Shown piece by piece: positions 1 through 11,900 of a stretch of DNA of 64,000 nt. Position 1 is the first letter of the stretch. Every line of letters begins with the position of its first letter. The stretch lies in NCBI GenBank assembly GCA_008632985.1, contig QPGO01000097.1, forward strand, positions 124,001 through 188,000, given 5' to 3'. The DNA comes from Psammoneis japonica (taxonomy: Eukaryota). Position numbers and translations under genes: made by a program. Under the pieces are notes generated by a model, which searched no databases, was not told where the DNA came from, and was given only the letters and a program-made list of their open reading frames with translations.

Positions 1-669
1 GTTTCAGTAAGCCTGTACCGTTTGAGCAGCTCTAGCTTTTCGTTTTGAGTGAGCACCTGATGCTCCGGCACCAGCTGATGCTCCGTGATGTCCACGAGAA
101 GCTCGGCCTCCTTGAAATGCTCAATTCGAAATGAATCGCTTACCTCTCCAATTGCTTGCTTTGCAAAGGGAGTGATGTCGACCCGAAGGATCATAATGGC
201 ATTAGCAACGTTTTCAGCTCTCATACGGTCCGTGAAAACTTTGATTGGCTTGACTCCCACCTTCTCATCTTCCGGGAAAAAGACAAAAAGCTGATTAGCA
301 TCGTCGTCCGCCTTTTCCTATAAAAGTGATGAAACCATAGTGAGCACCGTGTCGTTTTATGCCCGTTTTTTGATCTGCGCTTCGAATGATACGCAGTAAA
401 CCGCTCTGAGCATTTTGGCTTACCACGAGAACAGTGAGTCCTTCTCTACTGGGATATTCACCAAATTTCTCAACAAAAGTCGAGGGGGTCATCTCTAACA
501 TTTCTTTCGGAACGAGGTACCCACGTTTATGAAGCATAGCTGAGATCGTCTTGTACACACGAAATAATCGAGACGCCGTTGGATTCAAACCGCCCCGAAC
601 GGACGGAGCAGAAGAAGCAGCGGGATCTTCTTCTACATCCTCCATGGGCATTTCGTCCACGTCCGCCAT
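1..669 (-). CDS. RPB5: RNA polymerase I/II/III shared subunit RPB5 (3' end runs off the window)
   Basis: Exon 669-424 (MADVDEM...RLFRVYKTISAMLHKRGY), GT-AG intron 423-318, exon from 317 (LFVFFPEDEKVGVKPIK...TPFAKQA...EHFKEAELLVDITEHQLVPEHQVL), all typical RPB5 motifs. Confidence 0.95.
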
Positions 670-1143
670 CTTGGTACGTACTTCTCTAAAGCTTTCAGGG
701 GGATCAGAAGTTTGACAACTTCGAAAGCAATACCCACTTATAAGAAAGCTACGGTAGAGAGCAGCGCACAGCAAAGTAAACGCAGGTGTCCACCACCATT
801 GAGATTGCGACGCAAGAGATAGACTCTAGTAGAGACGACTCGAGACGGTCGGATGACAGACAGTCAGTACAATTTGGCACGCACGAGCTCCGACTGAGTG
901 GAGAGGCATACATAGAGTTCGCGAATAAATGACTTTTTTGAATTTTGAACGACTAAAAATATGGATGGCCGACGACTTTCCTGTAGAACTCAGTAGAAAT
1001 TCTACGACAAAATGTGACGAAGTCGGCACGACTTCTGCTCCGCGAAACTTGCAACCCACAACGAACATTTTTTTTCAATTTCATCGGTTGTACAGGTGTG
1101 CAAACAGTGGCTTGAATCTAAAGCACCGGTAGTCCGAATCAAG

Positions 1144-3467
1144 ATGAGGAAGCTGTTGACAAGAGCGATTTTCGCATGCTTTATTAGCTGGAGGATTTCA
1201 AGCGCTGCAAGTACGGATGATGGTGAAGAACAATGCCGTCGACACACGACATGTAAGTCATGGATAATCGTGTGTCTTACAACCGCCATTAGCTATGCTA
1301 AAAATCAGTGCTCAATACAATCTTTTTTGCATTTTGGATATTCAAGGCTCGTCCTGTACTACTGCAAGGTATGCCAGCAACGTGTATCAGGGACCCTTGG
1401 ACAGATATCAGAAAAACGCGGGTGGTTCAGGAACGGTCTTCGAAACGATACAGGATTTGCCGACGGACGATGGCCATCTGAGAGGTCGGGGAGGCCAAAC
1501 ATCACAAAATGAAGAGTTTCTTGTTCGATTTAATCGCGCGTTCCAAAGAGAGATTCCTTGCTATTGGTGCTCCTATGACAATTCCTGTCGGTCGGCTTTG
1601 GGCCAATACTCTTGTGGCGGGGTTTATGATTCCCCAGAGAATTCAACCTCGTCTTTTATATCTCAAATCAATCAAAAGAGCCTTTCAATACCACGACACT
1701 ATGAGTGCGACTGTCCATTAGCTCCAAATCCATATCCCAATGACCCTCCGTCCCTTCTCCCCAACTGGATGGGAGTCTTTCTAAACGAGACAGATGGGGT
1801 GTTCGGTTCATCCACTCTAATGGACATTTCGCTACCAGGAACCCATGATTCAATGACATATGATTTATCCTTGAGAATTTCGGACGATGCCATTGACAAC
1901 ATGACGATGCTGAATGATGTTCTCCACGCTGCAACGGGAGGCTTAGTAGACATTTTCCCCAATGATTTAGAAAATTTTCTCAGGTTACAGAGCAAGACGC
2001 AACAGCTCAGTATCACCCAGCAGCTAGACAATGGGATCCGTTTCATTGACTTTCGCATCATGATGGATATACATACAAAGGTGAGTCGTAACAGTCTTCC
2101 TGGGCACAAATGAATATTGGAACTTGCTAACGTGCCTGACAACAATTCTGCTTTGCTTTCAGGAATGGTATTCAGTACACTTTATGCAATCGAAGCGGGC
2201 TGCTGGATACTATTTCAAAGAAATCCGCCGGTGGCTTGACGCTCATCCGGAAGAGATAATAGTTATATGGTTGTCAAAGCACGGACTAACAGATGCGGTC
2301 GGGGAAAATCAGTATCCCGATGTAACACCAGAAGAGAAGCAGATGCTGTGGCGTGAGTACCAATCGATATTTGCAGATTTGCTGATCGATACTCGGCAAA
2401 GTCTCGTGCACGACACAACGATTTCAGATCTCTTGATTCGAAGCCACCGGCTTATCACCTATGTATCTGACTACAAGGAATTCACGGACTCAACTCCGTT
2501 TGCATTGGATGCAAAGATGATTGAGAACGCTTTCAGTATTACCGGTGGCGTCTTTGATGAGCCCAGTTCGATGAGAGAACACTTGGAATATCTTACTACG
2601 AAAGCCACAGATGTCGCACCAACAAAAACCAAGTTTAAACTAATGGCAATGAATACTGCAGGACCAGGATGGCAAATCATTGATGCTGCGCGACGGCAAT
2701 TCCTACCAGGATTGTCAACTATGTCACCAGTTCTGGATTCCTTGGACCCTTTCGAAGTTTTCTTCGAGTCTTGCGCATTGCGTACAAATCTGCCCGGGAT
2801 TCAGCGTTGGTGTCCAGAAAGTCTTCTTGACATTGCACAACTCACTAGCTACTACAACCAAATTACCCTTGATAAGGCGCTGGAATGGTTTTTGCGCTGG
2901 ACACCAAATGGAACGACACCATCCGTCTCTTTTCCGAATGCTTTCTATCTTGATGCTTTGGATTTTTCTGGTACGATCAGGACAGGAAGTCAGCTGCTGT
3001 TCGGTCCCGAGAGAAATGGACAGAGTTCATTGCATGCGAATGCAAAGTTCGCCTACGTGGACACAATTTTGACTTACAACTTGCATAAGATTTATCGCAA
3101 CGGGAGGCGCAACTCCACGGAATCTGACCGACAGTTGCCCTCCCAACATTTATTGCATATATTACAAGAAAGAAGAATGAAGCACCCGCTGACATTATGG
3201 GACGATCCTGAGTTGGGAAGACACAAAGACTGGCCACTAATTGATTTTGAACAGTTCTCGGAAGGTGCCAATGCCAATATCGTGGCGGTTGGCGGAAAGC
3301 ACAGCGTCGGGTCGAATGAGATACGTTTTGAAGATTCCTGGTGGGGAGTTGTTTCACCACAAATCACGTTCCAGTCAGTATATGCAGTGTTTGCCTCAAG
3401 GATACGATACGCTTGTGTCCGACTTGGTTCGGCGCTGCTCTCGAATCTCTCAAGACGTTTATATTGA
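1144..3467 (+). CDS. Secreted PI-PLC X-domain (PLC-like phosphodiesterase) protein, 3 exons
   Basis: Signal-peptide-like N-terminus; motifs ISLPGTHDSMTY and QQLSITQQLDNGIRFIDFR, then WLDAHPEEIIVIWLS; introns ~1253-1345 and 2081-2162. Confidence 0.8.
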
Positions 3468-3550
3468 AAACATTCCGATTGCTACGGAAATCTATAAGTC
3501 ATAGCGGCTCCTCTAAATTTATAACGAGTGGAGCGATGTACGTCACGTTT

Positions 3551-5029
3551 CTATTCGACAAACTTTTTGAACAAGATTGCTGCGTTGTGACCCCCAAAGC
3601 CCAAGTTGGTACTCATAGCTCCTGTCACTTCCATTTCACGCTTTTCGTTTGGAACGTAGTCGAGATCACATTCGGGGTCCGGTGTCTCGTAGTTTATGGT
3701 AGGTGGCACAATATTGTGATAGATGCTCTTTGCAGCAACCAACGCTTCCAGCCCACCTGCAGCTCCGAGGGTGTGTCCGGTGACACACTTTGTAGACGAA
3801 ACAACGAACTTCCCATCTTTCGCTGTGGCGTGATCACCGAACACGGTCTTGATGGCCATCGTCTCAAACTTGTCGTTATAGGCGGTTGACGTTCCATGAG
3901 CGTTGATGTAGCTCACATCTTCTTTCTTCATGCCACTCATGTCCATTGCCATTTCCATTGCAGCTGCCAAACCTCTGCCCTCGGGTGCTGGTGTGGTGAT
4001 ATGGTGGGCATCGCAAGTCGCGCCGTACCCGGTAAGCTCGCAGTATATCCTGGCTCCACGTTTCTTGGCCGATTCCAAACTTTCAATAACAACGACGCCA
4101 GCTCCTTCTCCCATGACAAAGCCTGAACGATCGGCATCGAAAGGTCTGGAACCTGCTGTGGGATCATCGTTGCAGGCAGTGTTCATGGCTTTCATGGCAC
4201 AGAATCCCGCAAAGGTGAGAGGAGTAATGGTTGCTTCTGTTCCGCCTGCAATCATTTGATCTGCATGACCATCGACAATCATTCCCATTGCTTCGCCAAT
4301 GCAATGCGTCCCACTTGCGCAAGCGGATACAATTCCGTAATTGGGTCCTTTAGCTCCTGTCTCGATCCCAATCACACCCGAGGCTGTGTTTCCAAGGAGA
4401 GCTGGAATAGTGAAGGGAGAAACCTTTGGTCGATCCGGCTTTTTAGCAAGCTTGAGAGTTTCTTGTTCGAATGTTTCCACTGCAAAAGCAACATTGGGTG
4501 TGAGATTCAATATACAAAAAAAGTCGTCGACATGAAATGTGGGAGGACCAACAAACGTACCGCCACCAAATGCAGATCCAACCATAACTCCGATTCTGTC
4601 TGGATTCTCCAAAGTTTCAGGTACATCACCAATACCAGCATCCTTTAGCGCTAGACGCGCGGCTGCAACAGCGAAATGCGTATACCGATCATTAGAGCGC
4701 GCATTCTTTGGGTTTGCAAAGTGTTCCTTTGCATCGAACATTTCGTCGGGAACTTCGCTCGCGATACTGCAAGGATAGTTGGAGGCATCGAATCTTTTCA
4801 CGGTATCCAAACTAGACTTGCCGTCAACGCAAGCTTGAAAAAAATCCTCGTGACCAATACCGCACCCACTGATCACGCCAAGACCAGTGACAACAACTCG
4901 AGTCTTGTCACTCATGTGCAACTGAGTCTTGCTTGCGCGGGTAGCACTTTTTGACACTGACGAAAACGATACCACATTCTCGGCGCCAAGAACGACCAAG
5001 AGAGCGGCTGCTGCGGCGGTGAACTTCAT
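3551..5029 (-). CDS. fabF: Plastid 3-oxoacyl-ACP synthase II (KAS II)
   Basis: RVVVTGLG, active-site SACASG, DAHHITTP, YINAHGTST, TGHTLGAAG, NLGFGGHNA; bipartite presequence MKFTAAAAALLVVLGAENVVS-F; in-frame intron ~4482-4556. Confidence 0.95.
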   Translation of the reverse strand: MKFTAAAAALLVVLGAENVVSFSSVSKSATRASKTQLHMSDKTRVVVTGLGVISGCGIGHEDFFQACVDGKSSLDTVKRFDASNYPCSIASEVPDEMFDAKEHFANPKNARSNDRYTHFAVAAARLALKDAGIGDVPETLENPDRIGVMVGSAFGGGTFVGPPTFHVDDFFCILNLTPNVAFAVETFEQETLKLAKKPDRPKVSPFTIPALLGNTASGVIGIETGAKGPNYGIVSACASGTHCIGEAMGMIVDGHADQMIAGGTEATITPLTFAGFCAMKAMNTACNDDPTAGSRPFDADRSGFVMGEGAGVVVIESLESAKKRGARIYCELTGYGATCDAHHITTPAPEGRGLAAAMEMAMDMSGMKKEDVSYINAHGTSTAYNDKFETMAIKTVFGDHATAKDGKFVVSSTKCVTGHTLGAAGGLEALVAAKSIYHNIVPPTINYETPDPECDLDYVPNEKREMEVTGAMSTNLGFGGHNAAILFKKFVE

Positions 5030-5375
5030 GTTGTATTTTTGTCTAAAGGTTGGTTGCGCTGTCAATGTGTTTTTTGTCGATATCTCGTCATAGATTTTGT
5101 TCTCGGTCGCATGGATGATGGTGGCTTTGCTTTCCGCTTTCGTCGTCAATCAAAACGCCGTCATGTCGAACACGTACTAAAGTCGCCCGGATGTATCTGT
5201 TATGCGCGAGACACGCGCGCAAAATTGAAAGATCTGTGACGTGGTTATCGTTGGTGGGCTAGGGCCCTACTGGATGAATGCATGCACATGGCATTGATTG
5301 ATGTGATGGGAAGGCAAAACGACGAAGTTGTTGCATATATCAACAGAACTATAGTGCAAACGTGAAACCAAAGCA

Positions 5376-7846
5376 ATGAGGATCGCCGGTTCTTCGATTG
5401 CGAATTTCGCTCTGGCGATTTCCCTGCTAAATCTGCTAGATGGCTGCTCGGCATTTACGCCCGGTCGCGGCCGAGTGACTTTGATACCTTCCGATAATCG
5501 ATTTCTTCAGTCATCACTAGCGGCCGAGTCTCGTCGCGAGAGAATCCGTCGCAATCTTTTTGGCAAGAAAGAAAAGGAAGAAGTGGTTGGCGGTGAAATC
5601 GTTTTCACTGGGGAATCCTCGTTGACACCGGAAGGATACGGCTTCTCATCTCCACTCAAGCGAATCCTTACACTTTCCGGGAGAGATGATGGATATCACA
5701 GAGCCAAAGGCACGGATCGAGTAATTGACGTCATGGATGCTATCACGAGTGGCAGTCAAGACGCAGCTTTAGTTTTTGACGCCAGTTCTGACGCACTCCT
5801 TGGAATCTTTACCGAATCCGACTACATCAAGGTACGCATGCTTCTCGCTTAGATGGCAAAGATTTTGTTTGTTTTCTCTTACCGAAAAGACTGCTACGTT
5901 ACTTGTCAAATAGTTTTCGACAGCACGAGCATCGGCCACCAGTGAAGAAGAGTCCGCAAACTTTCTTGCAAGCCCGGTCTCGGAGTTTGTAACTCCTGTG
6001 TCGTCACTTGTCTCGCTCACCAGTGAAGACGTCGCAAGTCAGGCGATTGCTCTAATGAAGAAAGATCATGTTCGCCACTTGGTGGTTGCCAACAACCTGT
6101 CACCAGACAACCTACTTGTAGAAGGAAGCGTCGTTGAAGGTGTCGTCAACTTGCAGGATGTGATGACCGTTGTGCAAAAGGATGAACGTCTTTCGGTGAA
6201 CAAGCTTGCCAAAAAATACCCGAATCTTGGCCCAGTAGAACAAATGCAAGAAGAATTGAAGAGCGTAGCGAACGAAATGGCCAGTGATCCGGAGACAGGG
6301 AAAAGAGATCTCATCAGAGCTGGAACTGCGGCGTTGTCACTACTGTCTGTGGGTGCCTTTTTCTCGCAGGCCCCATGGCTGCATGAGCATGCTGACCTTG
6401 CCATGATTGCTATTTTCGTTGTTGGATACCTTGGGATTATCTTTGAGGAAGTATTCGAATTCAACAAAGCGGCGGTAGCCTTGCTCATGAGTACCGGTCT
6501 GTGGGTTACTTACGCCGACTACTTCAGCAGCACCGACGGAATCGCGTCCGAAGCTGTTGTGGGACAACTATCTGAGCAGCTTGCTGAGGTTTCCGACATT
6601 TGCTTCTTCCTCCTGGCTGCTTCTGCAATTGTAGAGGTTATCGATGCTCATCAGGGATTCAAGCTCGTAACCAATCAGATCAAGACTACCTCGAAGCAAA
6701 GCTTATTCTGGACCATTGGTTTCCTCACCTTTTTCCTCTCGGCCATTCTGAATAACCTCACGGTAACCATTGTCATGGTATCTCTCCTTCGAAAACTTAT
6801 CCCAAACGACGAAGATCGTCGTCTGTTCGGTGCGTTTGATGTCAAATAATGTGTGCAAGATGGCGCAAGTTGAAGTTCATTGTCTCACTTTGCCTTTTGA
6901 CGACTCCTCTCCGCCAATAGGTGCAATGGTTGTTGTAGCGGCGAACGCGGGCGGAGTCTGGACCCCGATTGGAGATGTCACGACGACAATGCTTTGGATT
7001 AATAACCAGTTGTCCACGATCCCCACGGTCACGGAGTTGTTCCTACCTTCCATCGTTTGTCTAGTGGCTTCGCTGGCATTCCTCGTGAGACAAGTCGATG
7101 AAGACTCCTCTCTGGAAGCTTCCATGACAGAATCCTCGCCATTGGCTCAGCGTGGAAAGGTTGTATTTGGGGTAGGCATCGCATCACTTCTGTCGGTTCC
7201 GGTGTTTGCCGAATTGACAGGTTTACCTCCATACCTTGCTATGCTCACTGGACTCGGAGCAATATGGACGCTGACAGACGTGATCCACATGGGTGAAGAT
7301 GCGGACGAGGGAATGAAGGTGCCAGCCGCTCTCTCGAAGCTTGACACGTCTGGAATTCTGTTCTTTTTGGGTATCTTAATGAGTATCGGCGCACTGGACA
7401 AAAGTGGTCTGCTTAAGGAGTTGGCCGTATTCCTGAATGAGAATCTGCCGAGCTTGGACATAATTGCTACCGTCATTGGCCTTGCTTCGGCTCTCATTGA
7501 TAATGTTCCTTTAGTTGCTGCTACAATGGGAATGTACGATATTTCTGAATTCGCGACAGATGACAAGCTCTGGCAACTCATCGCGCTCTGTGCTGGTACA
7601 GGTGGCTCTATTCTTGTTATTGGGTCGGCGAGCGGAGTAGCTCTCATGGGATTAGAGAAGGTTGACTTTTTGTGGTATACCAAAAAGGTGTCAATTGGTG
7701 CTGCTGTAGGTTATTTCGCCGGCATTGCAGCATATCTTGCGCAGAATGCCATTCTCAGTGGTGGCATGTTTAACGGCTTGATGCCACAGGCTGTTGCAAT
7801 GGCGGATGTCGCGCAAAATGCAGCCACAACTGGAATTGTGATGTAA
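5376..7846 (+). CDS. Plastid-targeted NhaD-type Na+/H+ antiporter with N-terminal CBS domains
   Basis: Presequence CSA-FTP; CBS-like LLGIFTESDYIK and HVRHLVV; NhaD motifs IIFEE..FNKA, SAILNNLTVTIV, AANAGGVWTPIGDVTT, SALIDNVPLVAA, AGTGGSILVIGSASGV; introns ~5832-5913 and ~6830-6920. Confidence 0.9.
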
Positions 7847-7932
7847 AGATTCCTTTGAATGAGGCAACTTTTTCTAACTCTATAAAACGATGTGCTACAG
7901 TACTTTCACTCACGTTCAACACCATGCTTGTT

Positions 7933-9120
7933 TTACTTGCCCTTTAAAACAGCCCCACGCTTTTTCTTGTCTGTTAAAACAGAGTACTGCTTCAGTCTTT
8001 CGTCGACTTTCTCGTCCGAGCTAATCACTACTTGGCCTTGCAGACCAAGTCTCTGAACAACATCAGTTGGAAGTGCGTAGATAGGATCGATCTGGCGAAA
8101 AATGGTCTCAGAAGTCGAAGGCTTATGCAAGTGCCCTAACAGAGACAGTCCTGCAACTCCAAAGAAAGTGTGAAAGACATCCGCCATGTCATCCGGGCGA
8201 TCGGCAACGCCGCCATCTTCGTCATCCTGAGACCTCAGTATGAATCCCGCCAATTTGTCTCTATTAATCCATGGCATTCGTCCCAGAATACTGAGTGCAG
8301 ACAGGATCCACCACGAGTAGCAAACATCTGCTTGTTTCTCGGGTCTACCATTGAGCCCTCCAGAGTCACACTGGCGTTCTGCGAGCCACCAACTGAGTAG
8401 ATCGGCATCGTGGTTTGCACCTTGTTGAAGCAAATGTAGTGAGTTGGCAATTGCCAAGGCACCGACGCAGCAAAACACTTGCCCGGCGTGTGACTCAGCC
8501 CCAACAACACACCCAAATCCTCCATCAAGATTCCGACAGCTAGCAATGAACTCGGCCGCCTTTTGAACATCAATTCGATCTAGTTTTCCCAGTATCGAGA
8601 GAGACGAGAGGGCACAATATGAAAATCGCGAATCAATTTCACCCCACTTATCACCAGCGAATGATCCATCAGGTTGCTGCAACGAGGATATAAATGTCGT
8701 TATAGCGTCCACATTAAGACGATCGTCATCAAGTTTCTCCGCTAGCACCAAAATCTGAATCGCCGATAAAGTGTAGAGTAAATGAGCATCGTGGCCTACG
8801 TTGCCCCCAAAACCCCCGACACTTTCATCCCAGCAATCAAACAACCAATCAACAATGGGAGGACGTCCATCGACAGAAACTGTGAGACCCATAAGCTCAT
8901 CCACTTCTAGTGGAGTCTTTAATATTGAGAGAGCAGTAACCGACCAGTACACGCCACTCATTCTTAGGTGTTCTGTAACGGCTCCCTCGTATGAAGTAGG
9001 GGCGTCTAGTTCGGACGCCAACCCGACAATGTACGACCCATGAAGCGCTTCATAAAAAGGAGGCTCTCCCTCCAACAGAATGACCTTCTGCTGGTGTTTC
9101 TGCTGCTCTCCTGTCAACAT
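7933..9120 (-). CDS. RABGGTB: Rab geranylgeranyltransferase (type II) beta subunit
   Basis: EHLRMSGVYW, HLLYTLSAIQIL, GDKWGEIDSRFSYCA, ESHAGQVFCC, GLNGRPEKQADVCYSWW, DVFHTFFG. Confidence 0.93.
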   Translation of the reverse strand: MLTGEQQKHQQKVILLEGEPPFYEALHGSYIVGLASELDAPTSYEGAVTEHLRMSGVYWSVTALSILKTPLEVDELMGLTVSVDGRPPIVDWLFDCWDESVGGFGGNVGHDAHLLYTLSAIQILVLAEKLDDDRLNVDAITTFISSLQQPDGSFAGDKWGEIDSRFSYCALSSLSILGKLDRIDVQKAAEFIASCRNLDGGFGCVVGAESHAGQVFCCVGALAIANSLHLLQQGANHDADLLSWWLAERQCDSGGLNGRPEKQADVCYSWWILSALSILGRMPWINRDKLAGFILRSQDDEDGGVADRPDDMADVFHTFFGVAGLSLLGHLHKPSTSETIFRQIDPIYALPTDVVQRLGLQGQVVISSDEKVDERLKQYSVLTDKKKRGAVLKGK

Positions 9121-10738
9121 TTGTGAACTTCGATAAGGAGTGTTAGATCAACAACAACTTTGATCTTGGCGGCAGTACCATAGCAGATAGCAGGTGCCAT
9201 TTAGTGAACCTTATGCTTATCAACTTTTTAGCAGGTGTTGGTTACTGATGGTTTCTGTACCTGGTTGCGGGTGCGATGAACACGCGCGAGGAGAGCACTC
9301 GCCCACCGCAGATCGGTGGGGGTGAGTCTTTATTATTTGGAGCGAAGGTAGCTGGCAGCGAGCTCTCGGCCTCGACGGGACATTGTTGTTGCAGCCTCTC
9401 CTTGTCGCAACGCCAATGGCTTGGCCAGAGCTGCAGTGTATGTGACTGTTTCAACCCCTGTTCGACCCCCCACCGTCGTCTGGAAAATGTGTTTGCTCTT
9501 GTTCAGAATTCATGCTCTCTTGTTCAGAATCATGAAGGGTGTCTGGCAATTGTTAGAACCTTCCAAGTGAGATTTAACAGTCAATGGAAATCAGTTGCAT
9601 CACACACACATTCTTGACAATTTCACACATCTGCTCATTTCAACATTGTTTTTGCATCCATCCACAACCAAGCTGACCTTCCAAACAGGAAATGACAGTC
9701 AAGGAAACTTGTCACTTGCTTCTGTCTCCATCTTGACAACCGCCATTGTTCATTTCTGACAACAATCATGTTCAATTGTCTTGTCAACCTGTTTGTGCAT
9801 TGGCTCCATGATGCTGTTCATTTTCTGCTGTTTGATTGTTCCATTTTGTTGTTTCCACACTGTGTGCCAAACAATGCCCCCTTTGTCCTGTTCTTGTTTT
9901 TCTCCTGCATTCCATCAGCTCCTGTTGTCCACCGCTGTCCCCACATGACGGGTGTGGTGTTTTGGTCCCCATGTCCTCCCCCTTGCAACCACTCTTGCTC
10001 TCTCCATTGTTGTCTGCACTGGGCAATGACGTCATCCTCCAATGATCAATCTTGCGTTTTCCTTCTGTTTGATTGGCCAAAGCATTGCCTGCAACTGGAG
10101 AAAACTTTGTGCCAATGATCATTTTTTGTGCATGTCTTGTGTTTCTTACAATCTTGTTTCATGCACTGCTTTTGCTCACCTTTGTGCCCTCTCTTGTTGC
10201 CCGTCTTCCTTTGTGTCTCAGGTCGCATGTCCATGTGTCTGTGTGAAGAAAAGATGTGTGTGCAAGTGTCAGTCGTTTGCATTGTGCACCCAATCTCCAT
10301 GCACTCACCACTTTTTTCCTCTTTCTCACCTTGTGTCCTGCATTTTGTTCCATCCCATTTGCAGTGCCACTGCCTGTTGCTGCAGCTCTCATTTTCATGT
10401 GTCACTTGCGACTTGAGTTTGCATTTTTTGTGTCTTGTGAGGGAGGGACAATTTGTGCTTTTGGCCAAACTGTGAGCCCCACCATCAGTTGATTTCTGCC
10501 AGCGTCGCTTTTTCAGCAACAATTTTGTTTTTAAATTCAATGTTTTTGTTGCAATGCAATGGTTTGAATGATTTGAAATGACCTCAATGAATCATTTGGC
10601 CATTGATGATGCCCCACACGCATGCAACAAGTTTGATTTTGTCACATGTTGAGATTGAAAATTTCACACTTCTGCCAGCACACCCCCATTTCCAGGACTT
10701 CAATCAGCCCCTTTTTTCATTTTGTGTTGTCATTGACC

Positions 10739-11900
10739 ATGCCACCCAAAAAAAGGAAGAAGCCGAGCCAACCAGTTGCTGACGACAACAATTCCAGCCA
10801 CATCAGTGGCACTGGCAGCCGTGGTGAGGGGAGCTGCTTGTGTTGCTTGAGCACCAGGCCAAGTTCCTCCTGCCAGGCAGCCCAGGTGAGACTCCAGGAC
10901 TGGCCCTTGGCAACATCAAGGCCCATCATCTGCAGCTGCTGCACCGTCTGATCACCCATCAGCTGCTGCTGCTGCTGCAGCCTCCATCAATGAAGAAGCC
11001 GACTCCTCTGACAATGTTTCTGAGAACTGTTCCCCTCTGATTTGGAAAAAAGACATTGAATTCCTCAAGCAGCACAACAAAGTCTCTTCCCACAACACTT
11101 CTGAGCTGCTTGGAGCCTCCAAGCATTGTGCCATTTACGGCATGAACCCAAACCAAATGTCTGGCAATGATTGCAGAATGTGGCTTTTGTTTTGCTGGAG
11201 GATGCACGGCCACACAAAAACCAAAATGAAAAGATGTGCAAGCAACTGCAGCAAAAGTGCAAAGCCCACAGTGCAAAAATTGCCGCTGCAAACAAGACCA
11301 TTGCCTCTCTCCAGAAAGCTCAGAAACAGGCCCTTCATGCCAGTGAAATGACAAATTTGGAGACCAACCTTGTGAAGAAAAGTGGGCAACTTGAAGGTGG
11401 GTCATGCTCTTCTGTTCTCTCTGGGTTCTCCATCCAAACAGGAGATTCGTGACACCATGAATTGCTGCTCACTCCTGGATGCTGGTGAGAAGTCTGAGTG
11501 CACCTTCACCTTGATGGTTTGGACCCAGTCTTCCCAAAAAACACAAAAAATGACAAGGACAGGTCTGACAATGAAGTCAACAAACCTGAAGTCAGTCAAA
11601 AAAGTTTCAGGAGAAGGTTGGCCCCTTGGCCCTCAACTTCATGAATCAAGAACAAAATGCCTTTGCATCCCACCTCAGAACACAAATCAATCACATTCTG
11701 GCTGCTGCCCAAGGCCAGCAGTGCCTTGTTTCCTGCTGTCTGGCAAAGCATCTTTGAGAAATGTTGTGGAGTCTGCAGCTCCAATCACCATGATGCAGGT
11801 GATGAAAATCCTTTTCCCCTCTTCATTGAATCTTCTCCATGTCACTCACAATGGCTTTGCGGTTCATTTGTCTTTTGCAGGTCAGCGCACTCCTGTTGAC
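10739..11900 (+). pseudogene. Degenerate ORF with N-terminal NLS-like motif and coiled-coil/acidic segments, probably TE-borne
   Basis: MPPKKRKKPSQP start; fragments such as MCKQLQQKCKAHSAKIAAANKTIASLQKAQKQ; broken by frameshifts and stops. Confidence 0.35.
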
